This document shows positions 1-8,519 of a stretch of 64,000 nt of DNA, piece by piece. Each line of letters starts with the position of its first letter. The stretch's first letter is position 1. The notes under the pieces were generated by a model, which made no database searches, was not told the DNA's origin, and was given only the letters and a program-made list of their open reading frames with translations. The translations under genes were made by a program, and so were the position numbers. Source of the stretch: an uncultured Chloroflexia bacterium (GTDB lineage Bacteria; Chloroflexota; Limnocylindria; Limnocylindrales; CSP1-4); contig CAVZVS010000003.1 in the NCBI GenBank assembly GCA_963778815.1, positions 320,054 to 384,053 of the forward strand, written 5' to 3'.

Positions 1-197
1 CCACGCGACAGCGCCTCGATGCCGGCGGCCCCGCTCCCGGCGCACAGGTCCAGGAAGGCCGATCCGACCAGATCGGGTTCGAGGATGGCGAAGAGGGTCT
101 GCTTGACCCGGTCGGCCAGCGGTCGGGTCCCCTCCCCCGGTGCGGTCAGGCGACGGCCGCCGGCGGTCCCGGCGATGACTCGACCGGCGTCAGCCAT
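1..197 (-). CDS. rsmD: 16S rRNA (guanine966-N2)-methyltransferase RsmD, 5' part; the gene runs off the left edge
   Basis: Not in the ORF track because there is no stop in the window. A reverse-strand ATG at 197..195 gives [66 protein letters not shown]. This contains the RsmD-type LDLxAGSGxxGIEALSRG SAM-binding motif. It starts 9 nt after the recG stop, the usual recG-rsmD order. Confidence 0.7.
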   Translation of the reverse strand, partial: MADAGRVIAGTAGGRRLTAPGEGTRPLADRVKQTLFAILEPDLVGSAFLDLCAGSGAAGIEALSR

Positions 198-206
198 GGG
201 CGTCGC

Positions 207-2477
207 TCACGATCCGCTGGCCGGTTCGCCGGCGACGATGCCTTCGAGCCAGCCGGCGGCCAGCTCGTGACGGAGCCCGTCGAGGCCCGATCCGCTCAGC
301 TCCCCGGCATCGTCCAGGAGCGCCTCCGCGTGGCGCCGAGCCGCCGTCGCCAGGAGCCGATGGTCCGGCCGCTGGAGCGAGGCGCTCCGGAGCCGGGGCA
401 GACCGCTCTGGGCGAGGCCCAGGACATCACCCTCGCGGCGGAGCTCGAAGTCCGCCTCGGCGAGCTCGAAGCCGTCGAGGGTCCGGGCGACGGCCACCAG
501 TCGGGCCTGCTCGGTCGTCTCGGCCGTCCGTCGCCCGGCGACGAGGTCCTCCCAGAAGGCGTTGCTCGGCGCGGCGTCGGAGACCAGCGCGCAATAGGAC
601 GCCGCCGTGCCCCGGCCGACCCGGCCGCGGAGCTGGTGGAGCTGGGCCAGCCCGAAGCGATCGGCCGCCTCGACGATCATGACCGTGGCCTCGGGCACAT
701 CCACGCCGACCTCGACGACGGTCGTTCCGACGAGGACGTCAAGCTCGCCGTCGCGGAATCGACTCATCTCCCGGTCCCGCTCGGACGCCTTCATCCGACC
801 GTGGACCAGACCGACCCGGAGCGGGGCGAGCAGCGTGCCCAGACGTTCCGCCTCCGACTTGGCCGCGACCGCTCCCTCGTCGTCCGAGTCCTCGATGGCC
901 GGCACGACCACGAACGTCCGGTGCCCTTCCCGGGCCTGGCCCCGGACGAACTGCCACAGCCGGTCGATCTCGGCCGGGTGGCGGATGAACGTCTGGATCG
1001 GGATCCGGCCGGCTGGCTGGGTCCGCAGGTCGGTCACCTCCAGGTCGGCATACAGGACCTGGCCGAGGGTCCGCGGGATCGGCGTCGCGGTCATCAGCAG
1101 CACGTGCGGAGCGCTGCCGCCGGCCTTGGCCTCGAGCTGGCCGCGCTGTTCGACCCCGAAGCGGTGCTGCTCGTCGATGATGACCAGGCCCAGATCGCCG
1201 AAGCGGACCCGATCCTGGAGCAGGGCGTGGGTGCCGACGACCACGCCTGCCTGGCCCAGCTCGATCGCCTCGAGGGCGGTCCGCGTGCCGGCCGCGCTCA
1301 GCGAACCGGTCAGGAGGGTGACGGGGATGCCGACGTCGTCGAGCAGGTCGGCCAGGGTCAACGCGTGCTGCCGGGCGAGCAGGTCGGTCGGAGCGAGCAG
1401 GGCACCCTGCCGACCGAGCCCGGCGACGAGGGCCAGGGCGTAAGCGGCGACCGCGGTCTTGCCCGACCCGACGTCGCCCTGGAGCAGGCGGAGCATCGGC
1501 TCGGGCTGGGCCAGGTCGGTGCGCACGGCCAGCGTGGCCGCCTGCTGGTCGGCGGTGAGCTGGACAGGCTGACCGAGCTTGCGCGAGAGCGACGCGGTCA
1601 AGGCGGCCCGGACCTCGATGTCGCGGGCATCCTCGACGACCACCGGCCGCGCCTTCGACAGCACCCGTTGCCGGCGACGCTGGACCATCCCGAGCTGGAG
1701 CGCGAGGAGCTCGTCGAAGGCGATCCGACGGAGGGCGGCGTCCTTGGCCTCCGGGTCGGGCGGGTAGTGGGCGGCCTCGATCGCTCCACTTATGCCCACC
1801 AGCGCCTCGGACTTGATGAGGTCCGCCGGGAGGTACTCCGGGTAGGCCAGACCGGCTCGGTCGATCGCTTCGCGCATCGCCAGGCGCAAGCGGGGCGTGG
1901 TCAGCCCCGCCGTCAAGCGGTAGATCGGCACGATCCGACCGGCGTGGAGCAGGTCGGTCTCGTCATCCTCGCGCTGGAACTCCGGGTCGTCGAAGGTGAC
2001 CCCGAAGCCGCGCTTCTTGAGTCGACCGCTGACCACGAGGCGATCGCCCTCGGCGATCCGGCGCTCGATGAAGCGCCGGCCGAACCAGACCGCCTCGGCC
2101 TCGCCGGTCTCGTCGTAGACCTTGGCCACCGTCCGCTGGATCCGGCGGCGGAAACCGGGATCGACTCGGATCGAGCGGACGACGACCCGGGCGCTGACCT
2201 GCTCGCCGTCCGGTCGGACCATCAGCTGCCCGATCGTCTCCATGATCCGCCGGTCCTCGTAGCGCCGGGGCAGGTGGAAGAGCAGGTCGCGCACGTAGGC
2301 GATCCCCAACCGGGGACCGACCCGGCGCAGGACCGCCGCGGCGCTCAACCCGCTGTCGCCGATCGGCGTGGACAGCAGGGCGATCGGGTCCGTCGGCGCG
2401 GGTAGAGGCGCGGGCCGGCGCGGACTCGACCGGGGCCTGGCCGGGCGAGGGGTTCGACCGGCGGTCGCGGGTGCCAT
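207..2477 (-). CDS. recG: ATP-dependent DNA helicase RecG
   Basis: 756-aa ORF with an OB/wedge-type N-terminal region followed by SF2 helicase motifs: GDVGSGKTAVA (Walker A), IIDEQHRFGV (DEQH box), LMTATPIPRT and HGRMK. The exact start is not verified. Confidence 0.9.
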   Translation of the reverse strand: MAPATAGRTPRPARPRSSPRRPAPLPAPTDPIALLSTPIGDSGLSAAAVLRRVGPRLGIAYVRDLLFHLPRRYEDRRIMETIGQLMVRPDGEQVSARVVVRSIRVDPGFRRRIQRTVAKVYDETGEAEAVWFGRRFIERRIAEGDRLVVSGRLKKRGFGVTFDDPEFQREDDETDLLHAGRIVPIYRLTAGLTTPRLRLAMREAIDRAGLAYPEYLPADLIKSEALVGISGAIEAAHYPPDPEAKDAALRRIAFDELLALQLGMVQRRRQRVLSKARPVVVEDARDIEVRAALTASLSRKLGQPVQLTADQQAATLAVRTDLAQPEPMLRLLQGDVGSGKTAVAAYALALVAGLGRQGALLAPTDLLARQHALTLADLLDDVGIPVTLLTGSLSAAGTRTALEAIELGQAGVVVGTHALLQDRVRFGDLGLVIIDEQHRFGVEQRGQLEAKAGGSAPHVLLMTATPIPRTLGQVLYADLEVTDLRTQPAGRIPIQTFIRHPAEIDRLWQFVRGQAREGHRTFVVVPAIEDSDDEGAVAAKSEAERLGTLLAPLRVGLVHGRMKASERDREMSRFRDGELDVLVGTTVVEVGVDVPEATVMIVEAADRFGLAQLHQLRGRVGRGTAASYCALVSDAAPSNAFWEDLVAGRRTAETTEQARLVAVARTLDGFELAEADFELRREGDVLGLAQSGLPRLRSASLQRPDHRLLATAARRHAEALLDDAGELSGSGLDGLRHELAAGWLEGIVAGEPASGS

Positions 2478-2479
2478 GA

Positions 2480-4222
2480 CTACTCGGCCGAGATCAGGTA
2501 CCGGTAGTGGGGCTGGCCCCCGTGGCGGACCTCGACCTCCGTCCCGGGTCTGGCCGTCGAGATCCGGCCGGCCACCCCTTCGGCGTCGGCCAGGGCGGCA
2601 CCGTCGCCGTAGAACACGGTGACCAACTCGGTCTCGGCCGGCAGCGTCTGGACCGCGGCCAGGATCGCCTTGTCAGGGTCCGTATCGGCGCTGACCACCC
2701 CATCGTCCGGATCGAGCACGATGGTCTGGCCCTTGCGCACCTTGTGCCCACCGACGTTGGCGTCGCGCACGGCCGTGGTCACCTGGAGGGTCGCCAGCCC
2801 CCGGCCGCGCTCGGTCATCCCGGCCACGTTGGCCGCGCCCGATTCGCCCGGGTCGAGGGCCAGCAGCGCGGCGAAGCCCTCGGCGGCGTTGCGGGTCGGG
2901 ACGACATGGACCGGTCGGCTGGCGAGGTCGGCGACCTGGCGGGCGGCCAGGACGACGTTGGGGTTGTTGGGCAGGACGAGGACCTCGTCGGCATTGAGCG
3001 CATCGACGGCCGCGAGCAGCTCACCGGTGCTCGGATTGGCGGCTTGCCCGCCGCGGACGACGGCGGCGACACCGAAGTCGGCGAAGATCGTGGCCAGGCC
3101 CTCGCCGGCGGCGACGGCGACGACGGCCAGCCGGACGCGAGTGCCATCGACCGCCCCGGCCGCGAAGGTCGTCTGGCCGGAGGCACCGACGGCCTCAGGG
3201 CCGGTGCGCTGGGCGGCTCCCACCGGATCTGCGCGGGCTGGGTCGGCTTCGCCGCTCGAGGTGGTGAAGGCCGAGGCCCGGTCCTCGCGCACGTCACGAG
3301 CCTGGTTGTCGAGGTTCTCGACGCTGATCCGGCTGAGCGAGCCGAGACCGAGACCGTAGGCGATCACCCCGTCCGGTCGTTCGTTGTGGACGTGGACCTT
3401 GATCGCCCGAGCGTCGCCGGCCACCACGACCGACTCACCCAGCGTCTCGAGATGGGTCCGGATCGCGTCCAGGTCGAGATCGTCCCCGGCCGGCGCTTGG
3501 AGCAGGAACATCGTCTCGTAGCCGAAGCCCTCGTCGGCGTTGGCGATGAGCACCGATGCCCGGGCGGGATCATGGGTCAGCGCCGAAACGGCGCCCGCCA
3601 CGGCCTCGCCGACCACGTACTTGAGGGCCCCCTGGAAGAGCCGGAAGAGCCCCTGGCCACCCGAGTCGACGACCCCCGCTTCGCGCAGGATCGGCAGCAG
3701 GCTGGGGGTCTTGGCGACGGCCTTCTCCGCGGCATCGACGGTGGCCGCCAGGACCGTTTCGATCGCGTCGTCCCGCTCGGCGGCGATCTTGGCCGCCGCA
3801 CTCGCCTCGCGGATGACCGTCAGGATGGTGCCTTCGACCGGCTTCTTCACCGCGGCATAGGCCGTCTCGCTGCCGAGGGCCAGGCAGTGGGCCAGGTCGA
3901 GTCCATTGAACCGGCGCTTGCCGACCAGACCGCGAGCCATCCCGTTCAGGATCTGGCTGGTGATCACGCCCGAGTTGCCCCGGGCGCCCATCAGTGCTCC
4001 GAAGCTGATCGCCGCCGCGATCCGCTCGGCCGGCTGGCCGGCGACCCCTTCGGCCTCCTCGAGCGCGACCCGGACCGTGGCGGACATGTTGGAGCCGGTG
4101 TCGCCGTCGGGGACCGGGAAGACGTTGAGCCCGTTGATCTCCTCGACGTGCGCCTCGAGGTTGGCGACGGCGGCCCGGAATGCCCCGAGAAGGCCCGCGC
4201 CGTCGCAGCTTCGGCGGGTCAT
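2480..4222 (-). CDS. yloV: DAK2 domain fusion protein YloV
   Basis: 580 aa. The N-terminus has the Dak2 motif NVFPVPDGDTGSNM and the C-terminus ends GGQPHYRYLISAE. It sits in the conserved asp23-yloV-recG arrangement of Gram-positive-type genomes. Confidence 0.9.
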   Translation of the reverse strand: MTRRSCDGAGLLGAFRAAVANLEAHVEEINGLNVFPVPDGDTGSNMSATVRVALEEAEGVAGQPAERIAAAISFGALMGARGNSGVITSQILNGMARGLVGKRRFNGLDLAHCLALGSETAYAAVKKPVEGTILTVIREASAAAKIAAERDDAIETVLAATVDAAEKAVAKTPSLLPILREAGVVDSGGQGLFRLFQGALKYVVGEAVAGAVSALTHDPARASVLIANADEGFGYETMFLLQAPAGDDLDLDAIRTHLETLGESVVVAGDARAIKVHVHNERPDGVIAYGLGLGSLSRISVENLDNQARDVREDRASAFTTSSGEADPARADPVGAAQRTGPEAVGASGQTTFAAGAVDGTRVRLAVVAVAAGEGLATIFADFGVAAVVRGGQAANPSTGELLAAVDALNADEVLVLPNNPNVVLAARQVADLASRPVHVVPTRNAAEGFAALLALDPGESGAANVAGMTERGRGLATLQVTTAVRDANVGGHKVRKGQTIVLDPDDGVVSADTDPDKAILAAVQTLPAETELVTVFYGDGAALADAEGVAGRISTARPGTEVEVRHGGQPHYRYLISAE

Positions 4223-4645
4223 CGCGGGTCGTCCCCGGCGGAGGGATCAGACCTGAGCGGGATCCTCGATGGCTCATAGCGCATCCCGGCGATCTGGATC
4301 GTGAGGCGGTCGGGTTCACGGTCGAGGGCGCTCCGGAGGGCATAGCGGACAGCCGAATTCGACCTGGCGAGCGACCTCGGCGACGGGCAGACCGAAGGCC
4401 ACCGTCAGGCGCAGGTCGACCGTGAATGGACCAGAAGTGGCGACCCTGACTCCGGGGCCACCGAGCCCGAGGCGCCGCCGGAGCGGGCCGAGCGGACCGT
4501 CGTCCACGAACCCGGCCACGCCGTAGCTGCCGAGGACCGCGGCACGGACGATGTCGTCGATCGCCCGCGGACTGACGAGCGAACGACCCGTCACGGAGCG
4601 CTCGGGCATGCGCGGCTGACCTCCGCTGTGGGCCGCCCGGATCAT
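4219..4645 (-). pseudogene. Asp23/Gls24-family envelope stress protein, interrupted by a 1-nt frameshift that may be an assembly indel
   Basis: ORF 4316..4645 gives AIDDIVRAAVLGSYGVAGF...TVDLRLTVAFGLPVAEVARQVE and then nonsense (FGCPLCPPERPRP*). The +1 frame continues SAVRYALRSALDREPDRLTIQIAGMRYEP... down to a TGA at 4221..4219. That stop forms an ATGA overlap with the yloV start. Confidence 0.75.
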
Positions 4646-4756
4646 GGGCTGGGGGAAGCGGCCGTTCGGGATCCCGTGGTCGATGTGCTATCGTACCGCC
4701 TGCCCGAGCCCGTCGCGGCTCATGGCCAAGACCCGTACCACCTTCTGAGGACCGAC

Positions 4757-4957
4757 ATGGCCCGCGCTTGCGCCGTCTGCGGCAAGGTCTCGATGGGCGG
4801 CTTCAACCCGCAGTCGTCGGGCATGAACCGCGTTCGAGCCCACCGTCGCTACCAGCCGAACCTCCAGCCGCTCATCGTCATGACCCCCAAGGGCGAGGCG
4901 AAGAAGCAGCTCGTGTGCACCCGCTGCCGGCGGACCCTGGCCAAGTCGAGCCGCTAG
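4757..4957 (+). CDS. rpmB: 50S ribosomal protein L28
   Basis: An internal ATG at 4757 in ORF 4628..4957 gives MARACAVCGKVSMGGFNPQSSGMNRVRAHRRYQPNLQP...LVCTRCRRTL. This is a typical L28 sequence of typical length (66 aa). Confidence 0.9.
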   Translation: MARACAVCGKVSMGGFNPQSSGMNRVRAHRRYQPNLQPLIVMTPKGEAKKQLVCTRCRRTLAKSSR

Positions 4958-4960
4958 CCC

Positions 4961-6244
4961 TTACCGGCTCAGCAGCCCCGCGGCACTCCGCCACAGCCCG
5001 CCCAGGATCGCCAGCCAGGGCAGCAGGTAGAGCGCCGTCGTGGCGCCACCCAGAGCCCCGGTCGTGTTCATCCAGTAGGCCACGACACCACCGAGTCCAG
5101 CCACGATCAGGCCCTGGGCGACGATCGGCCAGCGCACCCGCCGACCCAGCCGAGCCAGCCCGCCCCGATCGCCGGCTTCGACCGCCTCGTAGCCGGCCTC
5201 CAGCTCCGGATCGGCAGCGTCGTCGACCACCCGTCGGAACCAGGCCGGCGCATGGATGACCGCCCAGTACGCCGCCGAGGCGTAGACCAGCCCGCCGATG
5301 ATGTCGACCACGTAATGGTCGGCCAGGTAGACGATCGAGAACCAGACGCACACCGAGTACGCCAGCAGGACCCAGCCCACCCGTCCGAAGGCTCGCCGGG
5401 TGAACAGGAAGCCCAGGAACGGGAAGGCCGCATGGAGCGACGGGAAGGCCGCGACCTGGTTGGGGTTGATGTCGTAGACCGTGTAGCTGTAGATGTAGCG
5501 ACCCTCGAACCCGAACATGCTGGCTAGCTGGTCGAAGCCCTGCGCCTTGAGGTAGGCGATCGCGGGCAGTCCGTTCGGCCCCGCCAGGTAGCCGTGCTCG
5601 GCCGCCCACCACGGCGGGGCGACCGGCAGCAGGACATAGGTCACGAAGCCGGCCATGGCCAGCAGGATCAACGCCGCCACGAAGTCGTAGTAGACCCGGC
5701 GACGACGCAGCCACAGGAAGAACCCGACCGCGATCGGCAGCGGGAAGTGCAGGAAGTAGAAGACCGTCGCGACCGAGGCCAGGACATCGGGGCCGCTCGC
5801 CGGGTGAAGCCAGTCCTGGAGCAGCTGGGTCGGGACATGGCCGAAGAACAGGGTCCGTTCGAGGGCCAGGATGTCCGTTACGTGGACCGCCAGGCCGATG
5901 TTGTCGGCGTAGCCGCGCATCAGCTCGTAGGCGAAGAACAACCCGATGAACGGGATCCAGTCGCGCAGGAACAGCCGGCCCCGACCGAGCAGCACTGCGG
6001 CCAACCCGAACGCGACCAGGAGGACGTCCGGGGTGATCGAGACGCCTCGGATCAGCATCAGCCCCGACAGGATCACGATGTAGGCCCCGACCGCCCACAT
6101 CAGGATCCGCTCGTTGCGTCGGCCCAGGCTGGTGGTCTCCGGCGGGATGGCCGGGTCGGGTGCGCTGGCCGGGTCGAGGGCGGTCGTCGGTTCGAGGGCG
6201 GTAGTCGGTGCGGAGGGGTCGGTCAGATCGGTCGGCCCGGTCAC
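4961..6244 (-). CDS. PAP2-superfamily (PAP2_3-like) polytopic membrane protein
   Basis: Multi-TM protein with a SLHAAFPFL motif and hydrophobic segments throughout. The Arg-rich N-terminal 80 aa of the 509-aa ORF overlaps rpe and is probably not translated. A GTG at 6244..6242 forms a GTGA overlap with the rpe stop. An ATG at 6100 is an alternative start. Confidence 0.55.
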   Translation of the reverse strand: MTGPTDLTDPSAPTTALEPTTALDPASAPDPAIPPETTSLGRRNERILMWAVGAYIVILSGLMLIRGVSITPDVLLVAFGLAAVLLGRGRLFLRDWIPFIGLFFAYELMRGYADNIGLAVHVTDILALERTLFFGHVPTQLLQDWLHPASGPDVLASVATVFYFLHFPLPIAVGFFLWLRRRRVYYDFVAALILLAMAGFVTYVLLPVAPPWWAAEHGYLAGPNGLPAIAYLKAQGFDQLASMFGFEGRYIYSYTVYDINPNQVAAFPSLHAAFPFLGFLFTRRAFGRVGWVLLAYSVCVWFSIVYLADHYVVDIIGGLVYASAAYWAVIHAPAWFRRVVDDAADPELEAGYEAVEAGDRGGLARLGRRVRWPIVAQGLIVAGLGGVVAYWMNTTGALGGATTALYLLPWLAILGGLWRSAAGLLSR

Positions 6245-7209
6245 GACACCGGGGCCACGTACGACGTCCGCCACGCATCGGCCTCCGCCTCGGCGGCAGC
6301 CCGCTCGGTCGCATAGCGTTCGAGGGTCAGGTTCTCGACCTGGCGTGGAACCATGAGCTCGTAGTCGCGGACGCCGTCGGGACCCATCCGACCGTCGGCC
6401 CGGAGCATGATCACGGGGATCCCGCCGTCCTCGATGATCGCCCGCAACCGGGTTCCGACCTGAAGCGGCAGGCTGGCGATGCTGCGCCACTCGTCGCGCG
6501 GGATGGGCGGCTTGCCGTGATTGAGCTCGAACGCGTAGCCCTCGTCGGCCAGGGCCCTGACCAGACGGACTTCGCGGCCAATGTCGTGGCCCTTGTGGAA
6601 TAGGGCCGAGCCGACGACCAGGATGTCGACCCCGAGCCCACCGACGTACTCGGCCGTCTCCCGGTTGATCCCGCCGTCGACGTGGACCTCGCCGCCGAGC
6701 GGGAGATAGGTCAGCAGGTCGCGCGCCCCGACGATCTTGCGGGCGGCATCGCGCATGAACGACTGCCCGCCGAAGCCCGGCTCGACCGTCATCACCAGGA
6801 CGATGTCGATGAGTTCACGATAGGGTGCCAGGGCCCGGACCGGCGTGGCCGGCTTGAGGGCCAGCCCGGCGGCCCGGCCCGCCTCGCGGATCTTGCGCAG
6901 GGTCGGCGCGATCGGCTCGTCGATCTCGACGTGGAGGGTGATCGAGTCGCTGCCCGCAGCGATGAACTCGTCCACGTAGCGACTCGGCTCGCTGATCATC
7001 AGGTGGGCGTCGAAGGGCAGCTCCGTGCGCGGCCGGAGGTGCTTGATGGTCTTCGGCCCGAAGGTGATGTTGGGCACGAAGTGACCGTCCATGACGTCGA
7101 GATGGACCCGGTCCGCGCCGGCCTTCTCGACCCGGCGGACCGCGTGGCCGAGGTTGGACAGGTCGCTGTCGAGGATGCTCGCCGCGACGCGAGCCCGCCC
7201 GCTGGCCAT
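6241..7209 (-). CDS. rpe: Ribulose-phosphate 3-epimerase with an unassigned C-terminal extension of about 100 aa
   Basis: From the ATG at 7209: ASILDSDLSNLG...HLDVMDGHFVPNITFGP...DAHLM...VMTVEPGFGGQSF...VDGGIN...VVGSALF. These are canonical Rpe motifs over about 222 aa. A further 100 aa or so follows with no match I recognise. Confidence 0.85.
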   Translation of the reverse strand: MASGRARVAASILDSDLSNLGHAVRRVEKAGADRVHLDVMDGHFVPNITFGPKTIKHLRPRTELPFDAHLMISEPSRYVDEFIAAGSDSITLHVEIDEPIAPTLRKIREAGRAAGLALKPATPVRALAPYRELIDIVLVMTVEPGFGGQSFMRDAARKIVGARDLLTYLPLGGEVHVDGGINRETAEYVGGLGVDILVVGSALFHKGHDIGREVRLVRALADEGYAFELNHGKPPIPRDEWRSIASLPLQVGTRLRAIIEDGGIPVIMLRADGRMGPDGVRDYELMVPRQVENLTLERYATERAAAEAEADAWRTSYVAPVS

Positions 7210-7213
7210 CGCG

Positions 7214-8436
7214 TTAGCCGCCGACCGCCCGGAGGGCCGCCGCGCTGTCGCGCACGATGAGCTCGCGTCGTCGAGCCACGGCCGGAGCAGCCGGCTCGCC
7301 GGCTCGCTCGGCAGCCAGCTGGCCACAGGCCGCGCCGATCTCCTGGCCCCGGTTGCGCCGGATGGTGACCGCGATCCGGTCGTGCCGCAGGCGCGCCGCG
7401 AAGCGCTCGATCTGGTCCATCGGACTGGCTCGCCAGGGCGTGTGAGCGACCGGGTTCATCGGGATGAGGTTGACGTGGCACAGGTCGCCCCGGAGCAGTT
7501 CGGCCATCGCATCGGCGTCGGCCGGCGTGTCGTTCACGCCGTCGATCAGGGTGACCTCGTAGGAGATCCGCCGACCCGTCGTCTCGGCGTGATCGCGCGC
7601 TGCCGCGACGACCTCGGCGATCGGCCAGCGTCGGTTGAGCGGCACGAGGACATCGCGCAGCGGGTCGCGTGCGGCGTGGAGGCTGACGGCCAGGGTGAAC
7701 TGCGGTCCGAGCGCGGTCAGCCGACGCATCCCCGGGACGACCCCGCTGGTGCTGACCGTGATGTGCCGGGCGCCCAGACCGAAACGGAGCGGGTCGGACA
7801 GGGCCGTGACCGCCTCGAGCACGCGATCCAGGTTGAGCAGCGGCTCACCCATGCCCATGAACACGATGTTGGTGAGGCGTCGGCCCTTGACCGTGAGCCG
7901 TCGCGCCGCGGACCGGACCTGGTCGACGATCTCGGCGGTGTCCAGGTCCCGCGTGAAGCCGAGCTCACCGGTCGCACAGAACGGGCAGCCGACAGCGCAG
8001 CCGGCCTGACTCGAGATGCACACCGTATTGCGCTCGCGATTGGCGCCCCGGGCGGGGTAGTGCATCAGGACCGACTCGATGAGGGCCCCGTCCGACAGGA
8101 GGTGGAGCGCCTTCTCGGTCTGGCCACCATCGCCCGGTCGGAGCTCGGTCTCGGCCAGGGTGTCGAATCGATACGCTGCGTCGACCTCGTCGCGCAGCCG
8201 GGCCGGCAACGTCCGAACCTCGGCTGCGGTGCGAACACCGCCCGTTCCCCGGCCCACACGGCGTCGGCCACCTGGCGCGCGCGATAGGCCGGCTCGGATC
8301 GGTCGGCGAACCAGGCGGTCAGCGCCTCCCGCGCGAGACCGGACAGCCCCGGACGAGGATCGCGCGAGGACTCGCCGATGGGCCGCGGCGGACGTGCCGG
8401 AGCGTCGGGTGGCTGAGCGTCGGTCACGCCGGGCAT
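7214..8436 (-). pseudogene. rlmN: 23S rRNA/tRNA (adenine2503-C2) methyltransferase RlmN (radical SAM), split by an apparent 1-nt frameshift
   Basis: The catalytic part lies in ORF 7214..8488 (CISSQAGCAVGCPFCATGELGF radical-SAM box, MGMGEPLLN). The conserved N-terminus (LTAWFADRSEPAYRARQVADAVW) lies in a different frame, ORF 8065..8436. The two frames meet at a C4 run at 8247..8250. Confidence 0.8.
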
Positions 8437-8519
8437 TGTCGCACGGTGCCGGTCCGCGGCCGACGGTCGACGACTCCGGCCAGGTCAATTCCCGGGTTCG
8501 AGGTCAACCTCGGGCGAGG

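Noticed and set aside
267-4279. Plus-strand ORFs of 712 aa (267..2405) and 590 aa (2507..4279).
   Set aside because: They are antisense to recG and yloV respectively. The composition is low-complexity and R/G/D/P-rich, with no recognisable domains.
4355-4360. A GAATTC (EcoRI) site exactly at the asp23 frameshift, considered as a sign of cloning or engineering.
   Set aside because: A single 6-mer is expected by chance. The site arises from the same extra A/T that causes the frameshift. Nothing else nearby looks like vector or synthetic sequence.
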